From positions 136,617 through 200,616 of the forward strand of contig CAWFTF010000018.1 of the NCBI GenBank assembly GCA_963818645.1: a stretch of 64,000 bases of DNA, in the 5' to 3' direction. The notes beneath the pieces were generated by a model. That model had not been told where the DNA came from. It searched no databases and worked only from the letters and a program-made list of their open reading frames with translations. Both the position numbers and the translations under genes were made by a program. Numbering within the stretch: position 1 is the stretch's first letter; every line of letters begins with the position of its first letter. This stretch comes from an uncultured Acidobacteriota bacterium (GTDB taxonomy: Bacteria > Acidobacteriota > Vicinamibacteria > Vicinamibacterales > UBA2999). Positions 35,400 through 46,002 of the stretch are shown here, piece by piece.

Positions 35400-35443
35400 G
35401 TGGTTGAGAGTTGGAAGTTGAGAGTTGAGGTTTTTGGGAGTTG
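35400..35443 (+). repeat. Heptamer array (GRAGTTG-like, about 6 units), reverse complement of 34875-34979
   Basis: gtggttg agagttg gaagttg agagttg aggtttt tgggagttg, starting directly after the TGA stop. Confidence 0.85.
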
Positions 35444-35445
35444 AC

Positions 35446-36375
35446 ATGAAGAAGTTAGGACTCGCGCTGGTTGGACTCGGCCTGACAGCAATCGGGGTGT
35501 GGGCGCAGGAAAAGCAGCCTGAGCCGTCGCCCGCTTTTGAAGTTGCGTCAGTCAAGCCGAGCAGCTCGAATACCAGCAGCCCTCTCGGCGCGATTCCGAT
35601 GGTCATGCCCGCCGCCAATGGCCGGTTCACGGCGACGAACGTCCCGCTGCGTCTGCTCGTGCGCATGGCATACGGCGTCCAGGATTTTCAGATCGACGGT
35701 GGCCCGTCGTGGCAAATGTCGCAGCGCTTCGACATCACCGCCAAAGCTGAGGACGGCTCCGCGGCAACGATGCAAGCGTTGCTTCCAATGTTGAAGACGC
35801 TGCTCGCCGATCGCTTCAAGCTGAAGGTGCACACTGAAACGAGAGAGCTGCCGGTCTTTGCGCTCGTCATCGCTAGAGAAGATGGGAAGTTGGGGCCGAG
35901 CCTCAGACCGTCCACGTCTGATTGCTCGAGCGCGCAGGCGGAAAACCAGAAGCTCGCCGAAGCGTTCGCCAGGGGTGGCCCCGGTGCGTTGGCCGGAATG
36001 CTTCCGAAGCCGGGTGAGACGCGGAAGTGCGCGATGATGCCGTCAATGGGTGCGGGCGGTTTCGGAATGAAAGCGGACGGACAGCCGCTGTCGGCGATGG
36101 TTCAACTCCTCACACAGGCCACGGGGCGGGTCGTCACCGACAAGACGGGCCTGACGGGTCTGTACGACTGGGAGATCAAGTTCGATCCACAGGTGCTCAT
36201 GCAGATCGCATCGCAGGTCGGTGTCAATTTGCCCGCCGGCGCGAACCTTCCGGCGTCGGACAACCCGTCACTCCTGACCGCCCTGCGCGAAGACCTTGGG
36301 CTCAAGCTCGAATCCGAACGCGGCCCCGTTGAGATTCTTGTCATCGACAGCGCTGAGATGCCCGAAGCGAATTAG
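35446..36375 (+). CDS. TIGR03435 family secreted protein (Acidobacteria paralogous family)
   Basis: 'AFEVASVKP', '[12 protein letters not shown]', '[11 protein letters not shown]', 'L.LGLKLE....VEILVID'. Confidence 0.92.
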   Translation: MKKLGLALVGLGLTAIGVWAQEKQPEPSPAFEVASVKPSSSNTSSPLGAIPMVMPAANGRFTATNVPLRLLVRMAYGVQDFQIDGGPSWQMSQRFDITAKAEDGSAATMQALLPMLKTLLADRFKLKVHTETRELPVFALVIAREDGKLGPSLRPSTSDCSSAQAENQKLAEAFARGGPGALAGMLPKPGETRKCAMMPSMGAGGFGMKADGQPLSAMVQLLTQATGRVVTDKTGLTGLYDWEIKFDPQVLMQIASQVGVNLPAGANLPASDNPSLLTALREDLGLKLESERGPVEILVIDSAEMPEAN

Positions 36376-36381
36376 AACAAT

Positions 36382-36484
36382 TTGGGAGTTGGGAGTTGGC
36401 GTTCTTGGGAGTTGGCAGTCAGGAATTGGGCGTTGGGAGTTGGGCGTTGCGAATTGGGAATTGGGCGTTGGGAAGTTGGGAGTT
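36382..36484 (+). repeat. About 14-unit heptamer array (TTGGGAG/TTGGGCG)n
   Basis: ttgggag ttgggag ttggcgt.. ttgggag ttggcag tcaggaa ttgggcg ttgggag ttgggcg ttgcgaa ttgggaa ttgggcg ttgggaa ttgggag. Confidence 0.95.
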
Positions 36485-36550
36485 AACGCAGGAGCAAGTA
36501 GTACTTCCCCACTATTGCCCCCTACCTGATCCGACCAGTACAGTCGCCCG

Positions 36551-37114
36551 GTGGCCCACATTCCGCTTCCTGAGGGCGCCACGGGAATCCGTGCGCTGTT
36601 TGCGTTCCGCCCCGAATCGGCCCAACCGATGGCCGACCTGGCGAACACCTTGCTCCATGCACCCAACTCGCTGACACCCGGCGAGCGTGAACTGATTGCG
36701 GCATACGTCTCGTCGTTGAACGACTGCGCCTTCTGCCTCGATAGTCATGCGGCGATCGCGTCGTGTCACTTCGGCAACGACGAGGGGCTCGTTCACTCTG
36801 TCGTCACCGATCCCGCGACCGCGGAGATTTCGGACAAGCTGAAGGCGCTCCTCCACATCGCTGCACGAGTCCAGCAGAGTGGCTCGCTCGTGCGCCCAAT
36901 CGACGTCGAACGCGCGCGCCAGCAGGGTGCGAGCGACGTGGAGATCCACGACACGGTGCTCATCGCTGCGGCCTTCTGCATGTTCAATCGTTACGTCGAC
37001 GGTCTCGGCGCGGGAGCATCCAGCGATCCCACGAGCCTGCGGGAACGCGCCCGGCTCGTCGCCGAGCACGGCTACAGCATCTCTCTCCCGCAACCGCCGA
37101 CCCTGGTAGCGTGA
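36551..37114 (+). CDS. AhpD/carboxymuconolactone decarboxylase family peroxidase-related protein
   Basis: '[22 protein letters not shown]' (ExxxxxxSxxNxCxxCxxxH) and '[12 protein letters not shown]'. Confidence 0.9.
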   Translation: MAHIPLPEGATGIRALFAFRPESAQPMADLANTLLHAPNSLTPGERELIAAYVSSLNDCAFCLDSHAAIASCHFGNDEGLVHSVVTDPATAEISDKLKALLHIAARVQQSGSLVRPIDVERARQQGASDVEIHDTVLIAAAFCMFNRYVDGLGAGASSDPTSLRERARLVAEHGYSISLPQPPTLVA

Positions 37115-38055
37115 CTCCTCCTCCATCCTTCGCCTGGGACGACTGGTACGCGCTCGTCGGCGGCCGCTCGATCCGCATCGAAGAGGTCGATGACATCCTT
37201 CGCCAGATTTACAACGACCAGTACGCGCGATTCGAAGGTGAGGTCGCAGACTCCCGAGTCGAGTTCGACTCACCCGCTGAAGCCTCGCGTCACCTGAAGG
37301 ACAAGGCCACTGAGTTCGGCGCCGACATCGTCGGCATCTGCGAGATCGAACCGACGGACGTCTATCGCGGCCGGGTCGTAACCGAGAAATACGCGATTGC
37401 GGTGGGCCAACGCATGCGGTGGCGCGAGTTCCAGGTGGTGCCGTCGCGCGAGTCTGCCATCGAGTGCCTGCGCGTCTACTACACACTGGGCGAGACGGTC
37501 ATCAAGCTGGCGACGTATCTGCGATCGATCGGCTACGCCTGCAAGATAGAGCATCCGATCGGCGACAGCGACCTGCTGCACATCCCGATCGGGCTGAAGG
37601 CCGGCTTCGGCGAGCTCGGTCGGCACGGCTCCATCATCAATCCCACGCTCGGACCGCTCTTCCGCATGGGCAGCGTCGCGACATCGATTCCGCTCGCAAT
37701 CGACCATCCTATCGACGCCGGTATCGCAAAGTTCTGCGACGCCTGTCGCGCGTGCCGGAAGTTCTGTCCGGCGGACGCGATTCCGGACGAGCGCACTCCC
37801 GAAGCTGGCAAGGATCATCTCGGCTACGACCGCTACGTCATCGACACTGGCCGCTGCTTCCCCTACTTCGCGAAGCATTCGTACTGTTCGATCTGCTTGC
37901 CGGTGTGCGCCTACAACCACAAGGAGTGGGCGAAAGACTTCGACGGCTTTCACACGAAGCTGTTTCCCAATGTCCTGATGCCTGACGCCCCTGCGCCGGT
38001 TGATCTGCTGCAGGACCAGCCGCGGCATTTCTACGCGAGGATTCATCGCCCGTGA
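37111..38055 (+). CDS. Reductive-dehalogenase/QueG-like cobalamin plus 2x[4Fe-4S] protein without Tat signal
   Basis: 'LKDKATEFGADIVGI', 'AGFGELGRHG.II.P.LGP.FR..SV.T..PL..D.PID.G...FC', CDACRACRKFCP and RC-x9-CSICLPVC; GTG overlaps the upstream stop. Confidence 0.82.
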   Translation: MTPPPSFAWDDWYALVGGRSIRIEEVDDILRQIYNDQYARFEGEVADSRVEFDSPAEASRHLKDKATEFGADIVGICEIEPTDVYRGRVVTEKYAIAVGQRMRWREFQVVPSRESAIECLRVYYTLGETVIKLATYLRSIGYACKIEHPIGDSDLLHIPIGLKAGFGELGRHGSIINPTLGPLFRMGSVATSIPLAIDHPIDAGIAKFCDACRACRKFCPADAIPDERTPEAGKDHLGYDRYVIDTGRCFPYFAKHSYCSICLPVCAYNHKEWAKDFDGFHTKLFPNVLMPDAPAPVDLLQDQPRHFYARIHRP

Positions 38056-40994
38056 ACGCATTCGCCCGCACAGTCGTCACCGTGATGTTCTGTCTGATCG
38101 CCGGCCCGGTTGCCGCACAATCGGCCGTCACCCTGATCGGCCGCGTCGTCGATCAGCAAGCCGCCGCTGTGCCGGGCGCAACCATCACCGTTCGGCAGGT
38201 GTCGACATCGACAGCCTGGTCGGCCACAAGCGATGGCGAAGGGCGCTTTACGTTTCCAATGCTCGCGCCGGGCCGCTACGACTTCGAAGCGACCCTCGCG
38301 GCGTTCAATCCCTGGCGCACGAGCCTCACGCTCGAGGTCGGCCAGCAGAGGGCCCTCGATGTCGTGCTCAGCCCCGCCACCGTTCGCGTGGACGTCGTGG
38401 TGACTGGAGAGATCGATCGCCCGGTCTCGACCGCAGTCGACGGTGTGTTGTCATCCGGACGGATCGAGTCGCTGCCGCTGAACGGACGTAACTTCCTGGA
38501 GCTCGCGTTCCTGATACCCGGCAACAACCCCACTCCTGTTTTCGATCCAACGAAAACGAACAGCGTGCTCATCTCATCGGCGGGCCAGATGGGGCGCGGT
38601 GGCAACGTCAATATCGACGGGCAGGACAACAATGACGATGTGGTCGGTGGTCCGCTGCTGAATCTACCCATCGATGCCGTGCAGGAGTTCCAGATCGCCA
38701 CCAGCCGGTACGGCGCGGACATCGGGCGATCGGCATCATCGGTGATCAACGTCGTCACGCGTTCCGGCACCAACGCGATGCACGGCACCGCGGCGATCTT
38801 CGCGCGCGACGATGCGTGGCAGGCGTTGCCGCCGACGCTGGACAACCCCGACGAGGCGCCACCATTCGATCGGCAGCAGATCTCCGGCGCGCTCGGCGGG
38901 CCGCTTCGACGCGACCGCCTCTTCTGGTTTGCCTCGGGTGAGTATCGCGATCAGGACGGCGGCGTGCTGGTCGGCACGCGCGACCCGTCCACACGGACGA
39001 TCTCTCGCAGCTTCGCGCCGGCGCCTTTACGAGATCGGCTGTGGTCGCTCAGGGTCGATTCGGGCGGTGCGGCAAATCGTTACATGGCGCGCTACGCCGG
39101 GGAGTGGGCCGTCGATACGGCCGCGAGTAGTATCGAGCGCGCCATCGGTTCAGCGATCGCAGCGGCAGGACGGCACGAATCGATACAACAGCGTGCTCGC
39201 ATCATGGACGTCCGCGCCGCGTCGCCAACTTCGTCAACTCGCTGAGCGGCAGCGTCAGCACGTTCCTCAACGAGACGTTGCCGGTGACGACGGCACCGCA
39301 GCTGACGTTTCCGAGCATTCAGGATGGCGCCTCGTTTCGAATGCCGCAGGAGACGCGACAGACGCGCCTGCAGATCACGGACAGCGCCACCCTCGTCCGT
39401 GGCGCCCACAGCTTCAGGTTCGGCGGTGAGGTGCAGCGCGTGGACGCGGAGTTCAGGCTCGGCGTCTTCCAGCAGGGCCGCATCGAGTTCATTCAGGATT
39501 TCGCCACGTTCGATCACAACGGCGACGGCGTCATCAACGACAACGACCTGCTGTTCTCCGTCACGCTCCGGAGCGGCAAGCCCGATCAGGCGCTCATTCA
39601 ACCTGACGCAGACAACACGCACATCGCCGGCTTCATTCAGGACGACTGGGCAGTCTCGAACCGGCTGCAACTGAATCTTGGACTGCGCTACGAGATCGAC
39701 TCGGAGGTCAACAATCAGAGTCGCGTGGACGAGCTCAACCCGATCGTGTTGCCGTTTGTCACGGAAGAGCGGCAGCGCGATCTGAACAACTTCGGGCCGA
39801 GGGTTGGCTTTGCCTGGAACGCGACCGAACGCGGTCTCGTCGTTCGCGGCGGCTACGGCCTTTACTACGACCGCATCGTGCTCCAGATCCAGTCGCTCGA
39901 GCGCGGGCTCGACGGCCGCGCGCTCCCCATCGAGGTGCGTGCCGGCAACGTGTTCTTCCTCGATCCGGCGTCAGGACAATTTCCGCCCTTCGCTCCGAAT
40001 ATCAGCGAATCCCTTCAGCGGCTTCGTGCTGCCCGGTGCCGGCGCCTCGGGCATCAACATCATCGACCCGCACCTGCAGAACCCGTCGATTCATGAGTTC
40101 CACGTCGGCGTCGAGCAGGCCATCGCCGGCCTGCGTGCACGTGCCGATGTGATGCACAACCAGGGCATCCACTTCCTGATCGGCCGCACCGTCGGCGAGG
40201 TCTACAACCCCGTCGTCGGCGGACCCGATCGAGTCGTGAATATCGAGTCGAGCGCGAAGACGCAGTACGACGGCCTGCTGCTCTCACTCGATCGTCCGTT
40301 CAGCAAGGGCTACGGATTCCGCGTCGGATACACGCTTGCGAAGGCGTACAACTACGCCAACGACGATCAGATCCCGTTCCTGAACGGCCCGGTCGATCCG
40401 AACGACCTCGGGAAAGAATGGGGACCGACGCCGAACGATCGTCGCCATCGGCTCACGCTGACGGGCCAGACGCTGGTGTCAAGTGTGAACATCTCGGCCC
40501 TCTGGACGATCTCTTCCGGAGTGCCGATGGACATCATGATGCCGGACGCCCAGTCGCGAATCCCTGTGCTTCAGCGCAACGCCGGCGGCCGTCAGTTCCA
40601 CACGGCCGCGGAGTTGAACACGTATCTCGCCGATCTCAATGCGGGCGGTGGCGTCGACGGCGTGCTGCTTCCCCTCGTAACGGACAGCGCGCGCTTCAAC
40701 GATTCGTTCAACTCGCTCGATATCCGGGTGTCGAGGCCCTTCTCGATCAATCAACGCATTCGCGTGGAGCCGATGCTCGAGGTGTTCAACCTGTTCAACG
40801 TCACGAACATCCTCGGCTTTTCCAACGTGAACTACTCGGGGTACTCGAACGTCCTCGTCCGCGATTCGGAGGACCCGGCCAACGCGGGATATCTCCGCTC
40901 ATCGCGATTCGGTCAGCCGGTCACAACCGCCGGCGGAGTGTTCGGATCAGGAGGGCCGCGCGCCATGCAACTGGCCGCACGCGTCACCTTCTAG
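38052..40994 (+). CDS. TonB-dependent receptor with carboxypeptidase-regulatory N-domain (Oar-like); frameshifts near 39155-39240 and 40005
   Basis: Signal peptide, 'LPLNGRNFLELA', 'DAVQEFQI', 'VTRSGTN..HG', 'QDDW', 'NLGLRYE', 'PRVGFAW', C-terminal 'ARVTF'. Confidence 0.9.
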
Positions 40995-41021
40995 TCAGAT
41001 GCGCTCGCGTCGAACCGCCTC

Positions 41022-42326
41022 GTGACGGCAAACCGCTCCGCCCTGCTCGGTCCGTGGACCGCGACCGCGATGGTGGTCAGCCAGGTCGTCGGCGTCGGCA
41101 TCTTTCTCACGCCCGCAACGATGATGCGGACGCTTGGAAGCCCATGGGCCGCGCTGGCGATGTGGGGCGTGATGGGCACGCTGAGCGCAGCCGGTGCGCT
41201 CTGTTACGCCGAACTGTCCACACGTTTCCCGAAGGCCGGCGGCAGCTACGTCTACCTGCGTGAGGCGTTTGGCCCGCGATGCGCATTCGTCTACGGATGG
41301 ATGGCACTGCTCGTCATGGATCCGGGTTTGACCGCAGCGCTCGGCATCGGCTTCGCGCAGTATCTGCTCGCCACGCTTGGTGCGTCGTCCACACTGACGT
41401 CGCCCGTGGCCATTGCCGCGATCGTCGCGTTCGGGCTCATGACGCTTGCCGGCATGGGAACCAGCGCACGCGCGATGCAATGGACGGCGGTAGCAAAGCT
41501 CTCGATCGTCGTCATTCTCGTCATCGCAGCGCTCTTTCGCGTGCGCGATGCCCACGTCGCCACTGACATCGTCACACCTGCAACGCTGACACCTGCGGCG
41601 CTTGCGGCCTCGCTGATTTCCGCGTTCTTCGCGTTTGGCGGCTGGTGGGATCTCGGGCGCATGGGCGAAGAAGTGGAGTCGCCACGGCATACGATGCCGC
41701 GGGCGCTCGTGGGAGGCTTAGCGCTCGTCACGGGGATGTATGCGCTCGTCAGCGTCGCGTACATGGCGGGGGCGTCAGGGCTGGCCTCGGGTACCGACGA
41801 GGCCTTCGTGCTTCGCATCGGCGCTTCACTCTTCGGAGAAACGGCCGGGCACCTGCTGTCTGCGATGGTCGTCGTCGCCGTCGTCGGCAGCCTCGCGGCG
41901 GTGCTCCTCGGCTCTCCTCGCGTGTATGTAGCGATGGCGCGCGACGGTGTGTTCCCGGAACGGCTCGCGCGCTTCAACGTGGGCAAGGGCACGGTGCCAG
42001 CGTCAACGATCGTGCAGGTCACCCTCGCCTGCGGTCTCGTCCTCCTGGGCACCTTCAACGACATCCTTGGCTACTTCGTCCCGTGCGCTGTGTTCTTCCT
42101 GGGGCTGGCCGCAACCTCGGTGCTGATTCTTCCGAGGCCCGAGGCGCGCGCCGACGTGTTTCGAACGCCGCTCCATCCTCTTCCCGTCGTGTTGTTCCTC
42201 GTGATGGTCGTCTCTATCCTCGCCCTCTTTGTCGCCGGCCAGCCGAGACAGACACTGCTCGGCGCTCTCGTGGTGGCGCTCGGCATCCCCATCTCGCACG
42301 TCGTGCTCTCGCGCCGACGCCGCTGA
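41022..42326 (+). CDS. APC-superfamily amino acid permease
   Basis: 'GVGIFLTP', 'LCYAELSTRFPKAGGSYVYLREAFG', about 12 transmembrane segments. Confidence 0.92.
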   Translation: MTANRSALLGPWTATAMVVSQVVGVGIFLTPATMMRTLGSPWAALAMWGVMGTLSAAGALCYAELSTRFPKAGGSYVYLREAFGPRCAFVYGWMALLVMDPGLTAALGIGFAQYLLATLGASSTLTSPVAIAAIVAFGLMTLAGMGTSARAMQWTAVAKLSIVVILVIAALFRVRDAHVATDIVTPATLTPAALAASLISAFFAFGGWWDLGRMGEEVESPRHTMPRALVGGLALVTGMYALVSVAYMAGASGLASGTDEAFVLRIGASLFGETAGHLLSAMVVVAVVGSLAAVLLGSPRVYVAMARDGVFPERLARFNVGKGTVPASTIVQVTLACGLVLLGTFNDILGYFVPCAVFFLGLAATSVLILPRPEARADVFRTPLHPLPVVLFLVMVVSILALFVAGQPRQTLLGALVVALGIPISHVVLSRRRR

Positions 42327-42372
42327 TCGTTCGCTTTACCAACGTTACAGTTCTCAGGTAGTCTGCCGGGTG

Positions 42373-43238
42373 ATGCGTGTCATCGCGGCAGCGTTGCTGA
42401 TAGTCGCGTCGGCGCTGAGCGTGTCTCTGGCCAGATCCGGGCAGGATGCTCCGCCGCCCGAGACTGTCAGACGACCTCGAATCGTCACAGAGCTGTCCGA
42501 GCTCCTGACGCACTCCCCGCTCGAACACTGTCGCAAGAGCGACGCACGCACTGCCGACGCCGCAAAGCCGTTGCGCATCGGCACGTGGAACATTCGAGCC
42601 GCACTGTCAGCGCCGGTCGATATGCTCGCCGCCGAGATCCGCGCGATGCAGGTGGATGTTCTCGCGTTGCAGGAAGTGGACGTCCGCACGCGCCGCGGCG
42701 GCTTCGTCGATGAACCGGTGGAGCTCGCGACGGCTCTCGGCCTGAATTACGTCTTTGCGGCCAGCATCAAGTGGGACGAGGGGCACTACGGGCTCGCCGT
42801 TCTGTCTCGCTGGCCCCTCGTCAGCGTCGAACGACATCGGCTCAACTCCACTCCCGAGGCTGAACCCCGGATCGTCCTCGACGTAACCGTGTGTGCGGCC
42901 GGACGACCGCTGCACCTGCTCAACACTCATGCCGATCGGCGCACGGCGTCGCGTGCGCTCGGGTTTGCGGATCTTCGTCAAATCGTGAAGAACGATTTCG
43001 GCCGCGGCATTCTCGTGCTCGGTGATCTCAATGAGTATCCCGACGCTCCCGGTGTCCGGAGCTTGATCGATGCGGGCTTCGTCGATCTGAGCGCCGATAG
43101 GACGGCACACAGTCGAGCACCGGCCGCGTCGACTACCTGCTCGCCGATCCGCCACTCGCTCGACTCGCATCGACCGCGCGCGTCTGGACGACGGACAAGA
43201 GCGACCATCACGCGGTGCTTGCTGATCTGGCGTGGTGA
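42373..43238 (+). CDS. Secreted endonuclease/exonuclease/phosphatase family protein; frameshift near 43120
   Basis: 'TWNI', 'LALQEVD', 'NTH', 'GDLN', then in the shifted frame 'RVDYL' and 'SDHHAV'. Confidence 0.85.
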
Positions 43239-43250
43239 GGGTGCTGCGCC

Positions 43251-44126
43251 ATGGAATGTTCTCCGTCGCTCGATGAGCTGTTTCGTGTGGCCGTATCAGC
43301 GCTCGACGCTGGCGACGTCAGCGCACTCGAGCGCCTCGTCACCGAACATCCCAGGCTCGTCAGCGGTCGCCTCGATGCGCCCGGCGCCTGGCTGCGTGAC
43401 AAGATCGGGAATGCACTGGACGACTTCTTCCAGCGACCGTATCTGCTCTGGTTCGTGGCTGAGGATCCCGTTCGAAACGGCGCGTTGCCAGCAAACATCG
43501 CCGACGTGACGCGAACGATCATTCGTGCCGCGCAGCGTGCCGGAGCCACCAACCTGCAAGAGCAATTGGACTACGCGCTGCGACTCGTCTCGTGGTCGTG
43601 GATCGCCCGACAGTGCGGTGTTCAGATCTCGCTCATCGACGTACTGATTGATGCCGGCGCTGCGCTCGATGGCAATCCAGACAACGCACTGGTCAACAGC
43701 AACTTCGACGCGGCAGCGCATCTGGTGGCGCGAGGCGCGCCACTGACACTGTCGACCGCGCTGTGCCTTGAACGCTGGAATGATGCGCGCCGCCTCGCGA
43801 CCGACGCCACCGAACGACAGAAGCAATTCGCACTCACCCTTGCTGCGCTCAAGGGCAAAGCGGAGGCGCTGCGGCGGCTTCTGGCTGCTGGCGTCGAGGT
43901 AAACGGCGTAAGCGAGGACCTGTATTCACACGCCACCGCTCTTCATCATGCGGTCAGTTCAGGCTCGCTCGAGGCAGTCACGGTGCTTGTCGATGCCGGT
44001 GCCGACCTTCGCGCTCGTGACACGGCCTATCACGGAACGCCGCTCGGCTGGGCGGAGTACTCCAGCGGGAAGTCGCCGTACGACGAAATCGCGGCCTACC
44101 TGCGCAAACACGGAGCACCGGCGTAA
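43251..44126 (+). CDS. Ankyrin repeat protein
   Basis: 'TALHHAV..G.LEAV.VLVDAGADL', 'GTPLGWA'. Confidence 0.85.
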   Translation: MECSPSLDELFRVAVSALDAGDVSALERLVTEHPRLVSGRLDAPGAWLRDKIGNALDDFFQRPYLLWFVAEDPVRNGALPANIADVTRTIIRAAQRAGATNLQEQLDYALRLVSWSWIARQCGVQISLIDVLIDAGAALDGNPDNALVNSNFDAAAHLVARGAPLTLSTALCLERWNDARRLATDATERQKQFALTLAALKGKAEALRRLLAAGVEVNGVSEDLYSHATALHHAVSSGSLEAVTVLVDAGADLRARDTAYHGTPLGWAEYSSGKSPYDEIAAYLRKHGAPA

Positions 44127-44146
44127 CTCGTCGACTGAGGCGCACC

Positions 44147-45150
44147 ATGAACTACAGCCGAAGAGACCTCCTCGCAATGGCGTCGAGCATCGGCGTTGCG
44201 AGCCTGATGGACAGGGTGCCAACGGTTCGCGCCCAGACCGGCGCGGCGGCTCGGTCGAGAACGATCGAAACATCGGCGCTCACGATCGGATTCGAGGAGA
44301 GCGGCGATCCTCAGGGCTTCCCGATCGTTCTGCTCCACGGCTTCCCCGATGACGCGCGCGCGTACGACCGCGTCGCTCCCACCGCTTGTGACCGCAGGCT
44401 ATCGTGTCATCGTTCCCTACCTCCGCGGTTACGGCCCAACACGCATCCGCGACCCTCGCGTGCGCACGGGCGAACAGGCCGCCATCGGTCAGGACGTCAT
44501 CGACCTGATGGATGCGATCGGCGTCAAGCGGTTCGCGGTGTCGGGCTACGACTGGGGCGGTCGCGCCGCGTGCATCGCCGCTGCCCTGCATCGCGACCGT
44601 GTGCGTGCGGCGGTGCTCATCAGCGGCTACCTGATTCAGGACACGATCTCCGATCCGCAACCAGCACCGCCGGAGAGAGAGCGGGCGATCTGGTATCAGG
44701 TACTACTTCAACACCGAACGCGGCCGGCTCGGGCTCGCGGCCAATCGTCGCAGCCTGTGTCGCCTGCTCTGGGAGACATGGTCGCCGACCTGGAAGTTCA
44801 CCGACGAGGAATACAACAAGACAGCGGTGTCGTTCGACAATCCGGATTTCGTCGACGTCGTGATTCACTCGTACCGGCATCGTATTCGGAACGCACCCGG
44901 TGAACCACGCTTCGAAGAGATGGAACGCGTCCTCGCCAAGCGTCCGCCCATCGACGTCCCAACGATCGTGCTGCATCCGACCGACGATGGCGTGACCGGT
45001 CGACCATCGACGAACGCAGCGGCCGACAAGGCGAATTTCTCTCAGCTGGTCGATCGTCGCATCGTGGAGGGCGCGGGACACTTCATGCCGCGCGAGAAGC
45101 CGGACGCGGTCTCGACCGCGCTTCTCGACGTTTTGCGGGCGACGAAATAA
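44147..45150 (+). CDS. Tat-exported alpha/beta hydrolase (epoxide hydrolase/dehalogenase-like fold); frameshifts near 44380 and 44700
   Basis: 'SRRDLL', 'LLHGFPD', 'PYLRGYG', nucleophile 'GYDWGG', 'GAGHFMPRE'. Confidence 0.88.
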
Positions 45151-45158
45151 GTCGTCAG

Positions 45159-45182
45159 GCGGGTCTGAAGACCCGCTTCTAC
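45159..45182 (-). repeat. GTAG-type REP-like hairpin between convergent genes
   Basis: Minus strand reads GTAG-aa-GCGGGTC-TTCA-GACCCGC; a degenerate copy gtagcccggtcttcagtcc lies at 47422. Confidence 0.6.
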
Positions 45183-45847
45183 ATCTTTGTGAAGATGAAC
45201 AGGTGCTGCCAGGGAAGGTCGTCGTAGACGCGCGACTGCTTGAAGCCCTCGTGCTCGAGTTCCTGTTTCACCTGCGCCTTCGTCATCTTGTGATCCGGCA
45301 GGATTGGAACGTTCGGATCTTCAGCACGGTACTCGAGGAGTACGAGTCGCCCATCCGCCTTGAGCGCCGTACGAATGCGTTGGAGCATCTTCTGCGGCTC
45401 TGAGAACTCGTGATAGACGTCGACCATGATCGCGAGGTCGATGCTGTCCGCCGGCAACTTCGGATCGTCGAACGTCCCGAGCACGGGCACGACGTTGTCC
45501 ACCTTCGCTCGTGCCATGTTCTGCTGGAGCAACGTCAACATGCCCGCCTGAATATCGCTCGCGTAGACCTTGCCCATCGGGCCAACGATCTTCGCCATCC
45601 GGAGCGTGATGTAGCCGGACCCGGCGCCGATGTCCGCGACAGTTGCGCCCTTCTTGATCCGAAGCAAACGCAACGCGAGATCGGGGTTCTCCTCATCCTC
45701 GCGTTCGCGACGCTCGAGCCATGGCGCACCGTCCACGCTCATGGTCCGCGCATACACACGACCGCTGACCGGATGAACACCCGGCTGCTGCGCGATCAGC
45801 GTCACAACTGAAAACGCCAGTGCGAGAAGCGTCGTGACGAGTCTCAT
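45179..45847 (-). CDS. Secreted class I SAM-dependent methyltransferase
   Basis: 'VADIGAGSGY', 'DVYHEF', 'LPWQH'; signal peptide. Confidence 0.9.
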   Translation of the reverse strand: MRLVTTLLALAFSVVTLIAQQPGVHPVSGRVYARTMSVDGAPWLERREREDEENPDLALRLLRIKKGATVADIGAGSGYITLRMAKIVGPMGKVYASDIQAGMLTLLQQNMARAKVDNVVPVLGTFDDPKLPADSIDLAIMVDVYHEFSEPQKMLQRIRTALKADGRLVLLEYRAEDPNVPILPDHKMTKAQVKQELEHEGFKQSRVYDDLPWQHLFIFTKM

Positions 45848-45987
45848 ATGGATGCCGAAGGGTATCGTACTGATGACTCAGGACTGAACCCGCCTGACAC
45901 ACTCTGGTGACAGATTCGGACAACGCGTCGGTCTTTTGACATGGGGGCTGCGCTTCAGACTCGCGAATTGGCGTGCACTGCGGTGCC

Positions 45988-46002
45988 GGCACGCCGTTTG
46001 CT
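45988..46002 (+). promoter_or_regulatory. Possible sigma-54 motif CGGCACGCCGTTTGCT
   Basis: GG-N10-GC with GGCAC and TTGC cores in an intergenic gap of about 380 bp; coordinates approximate. Confidence 0.4.

Noticed and set aside
34875-36484. Heptamer arrays as a CRISPR array or DGR template/variable repeats
   Set aside because: There are no unique spacers and no cas genes. There is also no reverse transcriptase or adenine-specific TR/VR pair in the window, despite the Avd-like protein.
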